Below are positions 25,643-38,700 of a DNA stretch of 64,000 bases, one piece after another. A program made the position numbers and the translations under genes. This DNA is from Antedon mediterranea (Eukaryota > Animalia > Echinodermata): positions 24,631,365-24,695,364 of the forward strand of contig NC_092678.1 of assembly GCF_964355755.1 (NCBI RefSeq), read 5' to 3'. Under the pieces are notes generated by a model, which ran no database searches, was not told where the DNA came from, and saw only the letters and a list, made by a program, of their open reading frames with translations. Within the stretch, counting starts at the first letter, position 1, and each line of letters opens with the position of its first letter.

Positions 25643-25885
25643 AAAATCTCAAGACCATCCCACAAATTACTTGTACATAATCTGAAATCTCAAGACCATC
25701 CCCAAATTACTTATACATAATCTGAAATCTCAAAACAATCCCCAAATTACTTATACATAACTTTATCTTTAAAACTTATATAGATGATCGTCATTGGTTT
25801 TTCTATGTACCAAGTAACTTAATTCTTAGCAAGTAACTTAATTCTTACCAAGTAATTAATTTTTACCAAGTAACTTAATTCTAAG
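25643..25885. repeat. Two short tandem repeats (~40 bp x3; ~19 bp x4)
   Basis: aaatctcaagaccatccccaaattacttatacataatctg; accaagtaacttaattctt. Confidence 0.8.
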
Positions 25886-26244
25886 GTTTTGACAAACACT
25901 TTGCCAACATTGCACCAATCTGTATTTAAATAAATATGTAAACAAGAGCAGCAGTAGGCCACCAGCTTTAACAAAAAATAGTGACTTAAGTATACAGCTA
26001 TATGTTTACTCCAATTACCCTCTCCTCCCTTGTGTCCTGTATGCCCCAACAAACATATTCTTAATAATGAATAATTTGCTTTTAGGAGAAAAACAATGAA
26101 GTACTGAAATCTAGCATAGTGTGAATAGCAACCACACTAATCATCTAAAAACAGATAGATTTATAAAAATAAATTATTAAATGTAGTGTTTTTAATTTAC
26201 TATAAGTTATTGAAGAAATTGTATCATGTGGTCAATTTTAAATG

Positions 26245-26630
26245 GTTGCAGCTTTATGAAGTTTGAGCTCTATAAAGTTGCAGATCTCACAAGTTACAGC
26301 TCTAGGACGCTGCAGATCACACAAAAAGCTCTATGAAGTTGCAGATCTCGCAAATTGCAACTCTATGACGTTGCAGATCACACAAGTTGAAGCTCTATGA
26401 AGTTGCAGAACTCGCAAATTGCAGCTCTATGATGTTGCAGATCACACAAGTTGAAGCTCTATGAAGTTGCAGATCTCGCAAGTTACAGCTCTATGACGTT
26501 GCAGATCTTACAATTTGCCACAAGTTGCAGCTCTTTGAAGTTACCGATCACACAAGTTGCAGCTCTATGAAGTTGCAGATCTCACAGATTTCCCAAATTG
26601 CAGCTCTATGAAGTTGCGGATCTCGCAAAT
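26245..26630. repeat. ~30-bp minisatellite, probably in the ADAMTS 3' UTR
   Basis: gttgcagatctcgcaaattgcagctctatga x ~12; begins ~70 bp past the stop codon. Confidence 0.85.
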
Positions 26631-26702
26631 TCACAGTGTTATACCAGTAATAAAAATCTGCACAATTTTTGATCAAATGTTCTGGTAATAACATTACATA
26701 TG

Positions 26703-26789
26703 TCATGATACATATTCTAATGTCATTGTCACTGGTATGCATTTACCACAAAATCCTCCGCATTTCCCACGCTTTATAGATCCTGAATC
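26703..26789 (-). CDS. ADAMTS9: ADAMTS9-like terminal coding exon, GON domain end and stop
   Basis: [28 protein letters not shown]; ttttcag acceptor, TGA at 26703-26705. Confidence 0.92.
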   Translation of the reverse strand, partial: DSGSIKRGKCGGFCGKCIPVTMTLEYVS

Positions 26790-29700
26790 CTGAAAAAAAA
26801 AAAGATTTGCATTTAGTTTATAATATTAATCTTGATATTCTTTTATTATCATGTGCATATTTCCTACCATTTTTCCACTATGCGAATTTGTTGGCACAAA
26901 TTTAAAGCGTCAGCTTATACGCATGTGTATTCATGTTTCCATCTCACAAATCCCTTTCTGCACATGCGTATAAGCTGATATTGTCGATTTGCGCAAACAA
27001 GTGTAAATTCAGCTTTAGGGAAGCATAGACAAAGGGTACAGAAGGAATTGACGTTAGGCCATTAATATTGTTAAAGCATCATTTTTAACAAAAAACATAT
27101 TTTCACTTACTAAATCTAACGTTAAACTTGCAAAATGTCCCTGAGTATTCCAGCTTGATGAATTGGCTAACTGTAAGCCGGTGCCATCAAAGTTCATACT
27201 AAATTGACCCTGTGGACATTGTCGCTCACTGTAGCAGTCACCGGCTGTGCCAAAAGGTACAAACTGACCCTGTGTTGTTCTAGAAAATGTGGCATCATCA
27301 ACTGCAGTAATAAAACAAAAATATTGAATGAATAATATACAGTACAAATTAAACTGCTTTCACATCGCCCTGAGAAAAATATCAGGGAAAATGGGTACAG
27401 GTTTGATTTGAATCCGTACCTGATTTGAACTCCGAATTCAAGAAGCCCTTTGTTTCCAGAAATCATACATTTTTTTTCTTTTGACCAATCAACAGTGAGC
27501 ATGAATGACCTCACTTGACAACGGAAAACCGAAAGCACACAAAGCTTGTGCCGGGCCGAATCTGGGCTTTAAAAGACATGAGAAGTTGATGATTTATTAT
27601 GAAAGGAACCATTACTCACCCATAATCTGCATATTTGTAATATTAAATCGTATTTTACTGAATGTAGTATAGCCTGCTTCTTCATGCCCCCGACTCGTAC
27701 ATTGGCAGTTATCATCTCTTCTGCCTTGGTTAGGGCAACTTTTAGGATTTAATAACCTACAACAAATACAAATCATTTGGAATAAATGCTTAAAATTCAT
27801 TGAGAAATAAAACTGCAATAAAAGAAATAGTTTCTCTCGAGAATGTTATAAAAAATGTTATCAATAATGTTTTCGAGAGTTTTATCGAGACTGTTATCAA
27901 GAATGTTATTGAGAATTTTATCAACAATGTTATCAGGAATTTTATCAAGAATGTTATCAAGAGTCAAAATTCTATCAAGAATATTATTACCTTTTTGAAT
28001 ATATTTCAGAATAGTTTTCATCTTCATATTTTAATGACAAGAATTCTTGAGGATAATTTGAGTTCATCTGATGACAATAAACTCTAAGTTGTTTTCCTTG
28101 TACTCTGATTGTGTAGTGCTGATCTGTTGTAGACCCTAATAAATGTTTTACTTCAGAACAACTGGATGGACTACCTATAAGAACAAGTGATTATGATTCA
28201 TATGTGAAAATAGCAAGTGTAAAGTGTAAATAGCTAACAAGTGTAAATAGCTTTACTCAAAAACTTACATGAAACACTATTGCACTTTCTCTCGGTTTCT
28301 GGCATAATAGAGGGCGCCACATTGCAATTAGATATAGGTAGCCTTACGCCATCGTGTCCTCTACATTGAACCTTTCGACTTTGAATACCCTCTCCACATT
28401 CCTTAGAACACTGCAAAGAAAAATAAAAACAAACATCTTTATTTTTTTTCTTATTAATGTTTATTTTTGTTATAATTGGAGTAACCCACATAAATATTTA
28501 ATTTTTATTTTATTTTATTTCACATACATCCAACAGCGATATCAGCAATTACATTTCCTTAAAGACTCAAAAATAAATACATAAGATTAAAGTAAATAAT
28601 GTTAGTATTAAAAGAAAGTCTTATAATATACCTCACTCCATGGACCTGTTCTCCATTGGTGAGTCCAGTGGCACTCGCCAGCATTGCAGCGTCTTCTGGT
28701 AGAGGGGCGTGTTTGTGGGTGACATCTATTGCCCATATTTGGGAGAGGTAACCCTCTTGGGTCCATCATGTGACACTTTACATCTCTTAGACTCACTCCT
28801 TCTCCACAAGTTGTTGAACACTGAAGAAAAACAAATTAGCCAATTAAGTATCATATTTCTGCAATGTTGTACAAAAAAATTAACAATAAATACCGTGTAT
28901 CTTCTGGTATAATCCTACCACCCTAGAACATGAAATTGGGCCAACTTTGGGGGGTGGGATTATACTTGGGGAAAGCCTGGTTCTGGAAGAAAAAATGATT
29001 GTTAAGCAAAAGTCAATACTGGGACTATACCCGGGGATATGCCTGTTTGTGAAATCAGACATAAAGTAGGGGTGGGATTAATAGAGGGATAATTCCAGAG
29101 GATATACGGTACAAATTTGCTGTTAACAAATTAATGTCATTTATTTATTTGACAAAACATATGTTGTACAAGGCCATGTGTGCAGTATTGAACAAAACCA
29201 CAAAATGTAACAATTTAAACAAACAAAAAATCTAGAAAACTGGCAGAAATTATCAAATAAAAATGTCACCAACCTCTTGCCACGCCCCAGCAACCCAAGC
29301 ATGCGGTAACCTAGATACCGGACATGCCTCACGGTTACACTTCTTAGTCAGACGTGGTTTGGTGTCAACGTTACAATGACCTTCATTGACCTCGATACCA
29401 CGTCTGTTTTGACACACGGCTCGGCGTGTTCTTGTTCCGCTGCCACACGTCTTGGAACACTGTTGTAAATTACAATTCAAAAGTTGGTATAAATAAGCAG
29501 AGAATGCAATGTATTTATTTGGGTTTTATTTGCAAGATTAAATAAATAGATTGAAATTTAAAAAAAAAAGAAACAGAAAAGTAGCGTTTTTAAGGATTTC
29601 ATTAGTACATAGAAATTAAAGGGGAAAAATCAAGAAATTTAATCAAAATGAAAAAAAAACAAAAGAAATTTATACTGAAATATTCAACAAAAATATCTCT

Positions 29701-32700
29701 AAAACTTAAACTTGGAAAAAAAAATCATAAATTAGTAAAAGTGCGTGCAGTTAGAAATAATAAGAATTAAGATGTTCGCAGTTTGGTTAATATAAATAAT
29801 ATGATTATTAAAGCCCAACATTAATTATGAATATTATGTACCGTATATTGTTTTTATGTTATAAAATTGACATTGCTATTCAACAATAAGTAGTAGATAC
29901 ATTTATTTACATTATTGTCTTTCCAAACAATACAACAGGTCTTCCAAGAAATAGAAATTAATTTAACAGTTTTAATATTTTAAATAAATGATTGTTTGAA
30001 ATTTGTTGCATCTACAAACAAATAATTCTCCAAAAATTTCATCTGGTTTCAAATGGATATTTAAAAAATAAAGTTAACATTTATTTTTTTTTTTTATTAA
30101 ACATGACGGCTGCCTTGTTTCACTGTTATTTCATAGAGATATTATAATACCTCTATGGTTATATTTATCGTGTTGGATAGTTAATTCAAGGAAGACCTGT
30201 ATCATGTACTGTTCTTCTACACACCTTAGTCCACGAATCAGTTCTCCATTTAAATGCTTTGCAATGCTTACGATGGCAGCTTTTAACGTTCGTAGGCTTG
30301 TCAGTTGGACATACAGATAGGGGTGCAACAGAACTACCGTTCATGCAGCGTACGACACGTGTACGAACGCCAGTACCGCATGAACTAGAGCACTAGGAAA
30401 ATAAGAGAAAGGGATACTTATAGGGTCAAAGGTGAGGAGTGGGAGGAGAATGTGGTGGTGTGTTAAGTGCATGGGGTTGAGAAGGTTGGATATAATGGGA
30501 AAGAGGATAGAAGTTATTTTCTTTTATTACCATGTACAGAGAGCTCATAATCCTGTACTATGATTATGAATATGTGTTAATAAATGGAATGGCAAATTCC
30601 CAGGTTACATGGCCAACGTTGTCATAAGTACACTGCACACATAAGTATAGTTAATGCTGCTTTTACTGACTGGCTGTCAAAAACATTAGCTATAAAACAC
30701 TTAAACACTCTTAATTAATATTAACTGATTTTACGTTTCATTGTGTTATATACGTATATACAATAACAAGCTCAATAAAAGCATTTATTACATTATATAA
30801 CCAAATTATCTAAAAAAAACGTTTGCAGACTGACATTTGTACCAGCTAGGATATTAAGCGGTTTAAATGCTGCAGACTGACATTTATACCAGCTAGGATA
30901 TTAGGCGGTTTAAATGCTGCAGACTGACATTTGTACCAGCTAGGATATTAAGCGGTTTAAATGCTGCAGACTGACATTTATACCAGCTAGGATATTAAGC
31001 GGTTTAAATGCTGCAGACTGACATTTGTACCAGCTAGGATATTAGGCGGTTTAAATGCTGCAGACTGACATTTGTACCAGCTAGGATATTAAGCGGTTTA
31101 AATGCTGCAGACTGACATTTGTACCAGCTAGGATATTAAGCGGTTTAAATGCTGCAGACTGACATTTGTACCAGCTAGGATATTAAGCGGTTTAAATGCT
31201 GCAGACTGACATTTGTACCAGCTAGGATATTAAGCGGTTTAAATGGTGCAGACTGACATTTATACCAGCTAGGATATTAGGCGGTTTAAATGCTGCAGAC
31301 TGACATTTGTACCAGCTAGGATATTAAGCGGTTTAAATGCTGCAGACTGACATTTGTACCAGCTAGGATATTAAGCGGTTTAAATGGTGCAGACTGACAT
31401 TTATACCAGCTAGGATATTAAGCGGTTTAAATGCTGCACACTGACATTTATACCAGCTAGGATATTAAGCGGTTTAAATGCTGCAGACTGACATTTGTAC
31501 CAGCTAGGATATTAAGCGGTTTAAATGCTGCAGACTGACATTTGTACCAGCTAGGATATTAAGCGGTTTAAATGCTGCAGACTGACATTTGTACCAGCTA
31601 GGATATTAAGCGGTTTAAATGCTGCAGACTGACATTTGTACCAGCTAGGATATTAAGCGGTTTAAATGCTGCAGACTGACATTTGTACCAGCTAGGATAT
31701 TAAGCGGTTTAAATGGTGCAGACTGACATTTGTACCAGCTAGGATATTAAGCGGTTTAAATGCTGCACACTGACATTTATACCAGCTAGGATATTAAGCG
31801 GTTTAAATGGTGCAGACTGACATTTGTACCAGCTAGGATATTAAGCGGTTTAAATGCTGCAGACTGACATTTATACCAGCTAGGATATTAAGCGGTTTAA
31901 ATGCTGCAGACTGACATTTGTACCAGCTAGGATATTAAGCGGTTTAAATGGTGCAGACTGACATTTATACCAGCTAGGATATTAAGCGGTTTAAATGCTG
32001 CAGACTGACATTTGTACCAGCTAGGATATTAAGCGGTTTAAATGCTGCAGACTGACATTTGTACCAGCTAGGATATTAAGCGGTTTAAATGCTGCAGACT
32101 GACATTTGTACCAGCTAGGATATTAAGCGGTTTAAATGGTGCAGACTGACATTTATACCAGCTAGGATATTAGGCGGTTTAAATGCTGCAGACTGACATT
32201 TGTACCAGCTAGGATATTAAGCGGTTTAAATGCTGCAGACTGACATTTGTACCAGCTAGGATATTAAGCGGTTTAAATGGTGCAGACTGACATTTATACC
32301 AGCTAGGATATTAAGCGGTTTAAATGCTGCACACTGACATTTATACCAGCTAGGATATTAAGCGGTTTAAATGCTGCAGACTGACATTTGTACCAGCTAG
32401 GATATTAAGCGGTTTAAATGCTGCAGACTGACATTTGTACCAGCTAGGATATTAAGCGGTTTAAATGCTGCAGACTGACATTTGTACCAGCTAGGATATT
32501 AAGCGGTTTAAATGCTGCAGACTGACATTTGTACCAGCTAGGATATTAAGCGGTTTAAATGCTGCAGACTGACATTTGTACCAGCTAGGATATTAAGCGG
32601 TTTAAATGGTGCAGACTGACATTTGTACCAGCTAGGATATTAAGCGGTTTAAATGCTGCAGACTGACATTTATACCAGCTAGGATATTAAGCGGTTTAAA

Positions 32701-35700
32701 TGGTGCAGACTGACATTTGTACCAGCTAGGATATTAAGCGGTTTAAATGCTGCAGACTGACATTTGTACCAGCTAGGATATTAAGCGGTTTAAATGCTCA
32801 TGCTACTTTAAGTTTCGGAATAATTAGAAACCTAACATACATTTTAGCCAATCACAGCACACCATGCAAAAATGATTTAATATTTCTATAATGGTTTAAC
32901 TATACAACTTTCACAATATTGTACACCTTTGGATTGATTGAATTATTTGATTCCATTGTTAGTTATTAGACTGTTGTGAACTGGAACTACATTGATAATT
33001 GATCATGTAATGTTGCTGAACATTAATTTTACCTGGCTCCAAGGCCCTGTTTCCCATCCTATACACTGTTCCTTCTTGCAGGATTTTCTCTCTTCTGGTT
33101 TGTCTAATCCACATGACGCATCGGAAAGGACTTTCCCGGTTCTTGACTGGCAAGTAACAGTTCGTACACGGTAACCAGTACCGCAGGTTACAGAGCACTG
33201 TCAATAAAATTATAAACAACATTTATAATAAATATTAACTCACTCACAAGCAACAGTACAATAATAGATAATTGTATACATATCAGTGATGAAGGGTTAG
33301 TGTTGCCTGAAAGCTCTGCTAACTTTTCTGGCTGTCTACTTTATCGTTTTGATTTAGCTTTTCGCTTTTTATTTTTGTATCTCCATTGAGATCCAGCCAC
33401 TGATACCCACAGCAATAATCGAAAGGCAACTTACTGAAAAAATGACAATGCTGTGGGTATCATTGAGATCCAGCCAATGATACCCACAGCATTGACATTT
33501 TTCAGTGCTTATTTTTTTGTATCTCCATTGAGATCCAGCCACTGATACCCACAGCATTGTCATTTTTCAGTGCTTTTTTTTGTATCTCCATTGAGATCCA
33601 GCCAATGATACCCACAGCATTGTCATTTTTTCAGTGCTTTTTTTGTATCTCCATTGAGATCCAGCCAATGATACCCACCACAGCATTGTCATTTTTTCAG
33701 TAATTTGCCTGATTTATATAAAATATATACAGTACTACATAATGGTTTCATATAAAATATAATAATTCTAGTTATTAATTAGGAGAAAAATGAAATTTTT
33801 AACAAATTCCTAAGTTATACAATCATCTGGATTTATTTTGCAAAACAGTAGGAAGCAGAAATTATTCATAATTCAATAGCTAGCGAGTCGTTGAAGCATG
33901 GAGAACGAAGACACAACATATTTTATGATTTACAGCTCAATACAACTCCTAATACTAACAATTTAAGAATCACTGATACTGGCATTATCTCCCATTGAGA
34001 TCCCATCACCAAAACACATTCCATTAAATAATAATAATCTAGTGTTACCATGGTAACATAAAGTTTTGATAATAAGAATCTTCCAAAAGGTCAAATTTAT
34101 TAAATATTTTTATTTTAGAATAATTATATTGCGATATATTGTGACTTTTTTTGGCGCTTTTTTTGTTTACTTTTGATTTAGCTTTCTGGTTATTGTATTT
34201 GTATCTCCAGCATTGTAATTATTTTCAGAGATGATCTGCCTTTGGATATCTACTATAATGTAATATACATAACCATTTTAGTTAGCTGATGTTAGCCTCA
34301 ATACTATGAACTCCTACAAAAGCAAACTTTACTGAAAGTAAAAGAAACAAATCCAGGAGAGTCAGACCATGATAAACTCTTACAACAACAAACGAACCAG
34401 ACAGATACCCAAACAATTGCTATAATAAATTTCAATCAATTCTTAGTGTGACATGAGAGAGAGAGAAGAAAAAAGTTATATTAAAAAGAAATTAACTTAC
34501 TTTATGTTTAATTTTAAAATATGATCCGTTGATGGTAAGAGTAACTAAGCATACATTAGTGTTTGAACAAACATCATGACATCAGAGTCAGACATTTAAA
34601 CAGTTAAAATATCATAAGGGAGTTTGCGGTGGTGACCACCAATTTATCATGACCCCATCAGATTTGGAGCAAGATGAAACCAGGTTAAACACCTGGTGGC
34701 TATCAGTTCCAGCCAATCAAAATGTGTTTGAAAATTATAAAGCAGACTATAGACTGAAGAAAGGTTGTGATAGGCTGTAGGTAGAGGCCATGGGAGGAGA
34801 CAGGGGCCAATTCAGCCAATCATTAATTATTCTGTAATTTGATTTTAGTTAATTTGCATAGTTCAAAGGTCATCCAAATTGAATTTTAAAAAATTATGTA
34901 TGACTCCCGAAGGAGCCACACAGAGTAAATATGTCTGATGACATCACAGTTTATTCAACAAATCATGAGGTGATAAATAATTTTGACCAATGAAATTACC
35001 GATAGCATAATATTATTATCTTCTAACAAAGTTTTTCTAACAAAGCATTGAGTTCTAACCTTTTTATACTGTAACTTGTAATACATTGAAGCAGTGTTAC
35101 AGCCATCTTAATATAAAGTTATGTTAACCACTTAACACTGTACAGTAGGCCTACACATTAACGTTACCTATTATAATATACATTTAATTCCTTTTAAACA
35201 GCAGTGTTTTTTTTCTCAATAATTACACAATATTAACAATATACTCTAGACCTATTATTCATCAATGGTCATTTAGACAGACTGTGGCTATCTTGCTGAT
35301 AGTTACAGTAACAACAAATTAAATCTATAATAAGCTATTTTACAAAATTCTTAATAAGTAACCACAAATGTTCAAATACAGTAAATATACAAAGGTGTTG
35401 ACTGACTAATACATACATTATATAGTAAATACTTCAAAATATACAAATCATCTAAATTTGAACTGAAGATATTATATATTAATAAACTGCAGCAGCGTTC
35501 AGGTACCAGAATTAGGAAGCAGGGTCATTGATCCTAATTATGTCCCTTTCTCAATCCGTTCCTGGAAAACTGTATTCCAAATATAATATGTTACATCTGC
35601 TCGTACTAAACATAATCTAACACAACTCATTAATTATCATCATAATTTTATATTAAAATAATAATTAAACTGTTTAATATCCTGAGTGAATTACTTAGTT

Positions 35701-38700
35701 TAATTTAAGTTTCATAATTAAATTAATTAAATCATACATGTTTACCTATGTTTTCAATATATAGTTCCAAATGATCCCAACAACTAAGTATCCACCCGGC
35801 ACAACTTATCTACTTTCCCATAGATAGACAATCTGTCTTACAGACCTCTTAGGCTAACAGAGTCATACCCTGTAAGCTAACTGATCAATTAATTTAGCTT
35901 ACAGACCTCTTAGGCTAACAGAGTCATACCCTGTAAGCTAACTGATCAATTAATTTAGCTTACAGACCTCTTAGGCTAACAGAGTCATACCCTGTAAGCT
36001 AACTGATCAATTAATTTAGCTACCTTTTATAATGAAGAAAATTAAGTGTGTCGCACGGACCCAAACTCTAAGGATATTGGAGGTAATCTCTTCCTCCTAG
36101 AAAATAAGTAATGAATGATTACAGTATGAGCTGCACAGATGCTAAGTTGAAATGCTAACCTTTTAACTAGACATATCCAGGTGTTAAGCAAACTGTGCTA
36201 AACCTTACCTCACTTTATGCAGAGCAGAGTTTATACAAGCAGCACCACCCAGTGAGAACAGCGTAATTCACTATGACCTTTCACTATACTTCTTATGATA
36301 TCATCTATCACTTACAATATTAAGTTATCACAGTCAGACTATACGATCAGATCACAACGATTGATAATTTATAGGTCCGCACTCATAAATGTTGCAAAGG
36401 TGGGACACATGAATGTTATGAGCAAAGGTGGGAAACATGAATGTTATGGGAGGACATGTGTCGGATGATTTCTTCTACCTAGTATAGAGCATATTTTTGG
36501 GCCGCACCTTCAGTTGCAATTAAGAGTTGAGTGTATAGATACATAGGCCCTATAGCATACCAATAATTAGGAGTAACCTTCTGAAACAAACAAAATAGAC
36601 TATGTACACTACTGGACACATTAATTTAAATACTGGCAAAAAAAGTTTTATCAGTAAACATTTAAATTACTTAACAATTAACTTCCACTTTACTGCAGCT
36701 CTAGGAATGTTTTTTTATTTATTTCATTATATTTATTATAAATAAATATTAATTTATTAATCAAAAGGCAGATTACTGAATGAAATGACAATGATGTGGG
36801 TATCAGTGGCTGGATCTTAATGCAGATACAAAAAAAAAAGCAATGAAAAAATGACAATGCTGTGGGTATCAGTGGCTGGATCTCAATGGAGATACAAATA
36901 AAATAAGCACTGAAAAAATGACAATGCTGTGGGTATCAGTGGCTGGATCTCAATGGAGATACAAAATAAAATAAGCACTGAAAAAATGACAATGCTGTGG
37001 GTATCAGTGGCTGGATCTCAATGGAGATACAAAATGACAATGCTGTGGGTATCAGTGGCTGGATCTCAATGGAGATACAAAATAAAATAAGCAAAAATCT
37101 AAATCAAAACAATAAAGTAAAACAGCCAGAAAGAAATTGCAGAGTTTTTGGGTAACAGTAGCTCTTGCTCAGTGAAAGATTAGTAACAGTGTATTCTTAG
37201 GAGCAAGTTGGCTGGTATTAAAAGTCTTTTATCGGTATTATACAGAGGTTATTAATCTCTAGCAAAATAATGATACAGTTAAGTAAATAATTAATAACAT
37301 TTTAAATAATTAATAAATAAAGCTAATTCATTGTAGCACCAATTTTCATGAAATTAAGAAGATTTGATTTATATAAATCCAATAAATATGCAGTGATAAA
37401 TATATCGCAATAAAGAATCAAAGTGTACAAATTATACATTACATTGTTCATTAGGATGTATTTAGCCAATCAGCACACATGTATTGTATTCATTAGGATG
37501 TATTTAACCAATCAGCACACATGTTTTATAAATTCAGAACAGACACGATAGAGGGCACACTTTTACTTTACCTAACTTTATAAAATTTTCTGACAAAACT
37601 AATTATTGTTATTTCAATTTTAAAATATACATACGTAGACAACTAATTCTCAAATTCACATAAATTAACAAATAAATTAATTGGCTATCCTACCGAAGAC
37701 CATGGATCTCTCCTCCAGGAGTTAGTACAAGGTAGTCTGTTGCAGTGTATTGTGTCAGCTGGTCGCTGGCTACTATCGCATCTATCCATATCTATTGTGC
37801 TACCATCTTCTGCAACACAAGCTATTACACGTGACTGTTGGCCAGTGCCACAACTCACAGAACACTGAAAATATTAATTAATGTCTTGCATAGAATTTTA
37901 AAAATTCTCAATTTAGGCATATTGCTAAGCAGGCCCATAGGTAGGGGGATGGGGGATAGTTTTACGGTTCAAGAAAACCCCTTAACCTAGAGTGACCTGG
38001 CTCTGCTAAAAATAACCATAAGTGATTACATTCATTGTCCTTTTTAAAGACTTAGTATATAAGCACGATAAATTATAATTGCCGAGTTTCTCTCTGTTGG
38101 ATGCATATGAAATAAAAAATAAAAAGATGGCAACCCTGTCATCGAACAAACATTTTAGGTCTATACACAAGATGATCTACATAAACAAAGTTTTAGAAAG
38201 ACAAGTTTTTGGGAGTGGACTTGTTCTTTGTCATGAGTGTGTCTTAAAACGTAAATATTATAAAGTGAATACAGTGATTCTGGTTATTAAAAAGAATGTC
38301 ATTTTTTACCTCTCCCCACTCTCCATAATTCCAGGTAGCACATGCATCTGTGTTGCATTTTTGAAGTGTAGTAGGTTTAGTGTTTTGATCACATGATCTT
38401 GAATCGCATTTCACTAAGCGTTCTTGAACACCGCCCCCACACGTCCTGGAACACTTCATGAGAAAGAAAACGGTTTAAGTTTTAATATTTTGTTTTCTTA
38501 TAGAGGGCAGCATACACATTAAACAACAAGTGAGAAGACAGAATTATAAGGTCTACTCTTTTGCCAAAGATGCACATTTTGTTTTGCACTGATTACAAAA
38601 TAAAACATTTCAACGTACCTCTCCCCATGGTGCAGTCCTCCATTGTGCACTTCCATGTTTCCTCGTCGCCACACAATGTGACAGATGACAGGTCTTCTCT

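Noticed and set aside
27757-28268. Apparent loss of the first half of the GON domain (absent from the ORF track)
   Set aside because: Manual translation found the exon at 27991-28174 in correct phase; the domain is complete.
30825-32798. CRISPR-like array
   Set aside because: Head-to-tail 47-bp units with no unique spacers, in a eukaryotic intron, with no cas genes. The same applies to the other arrays.
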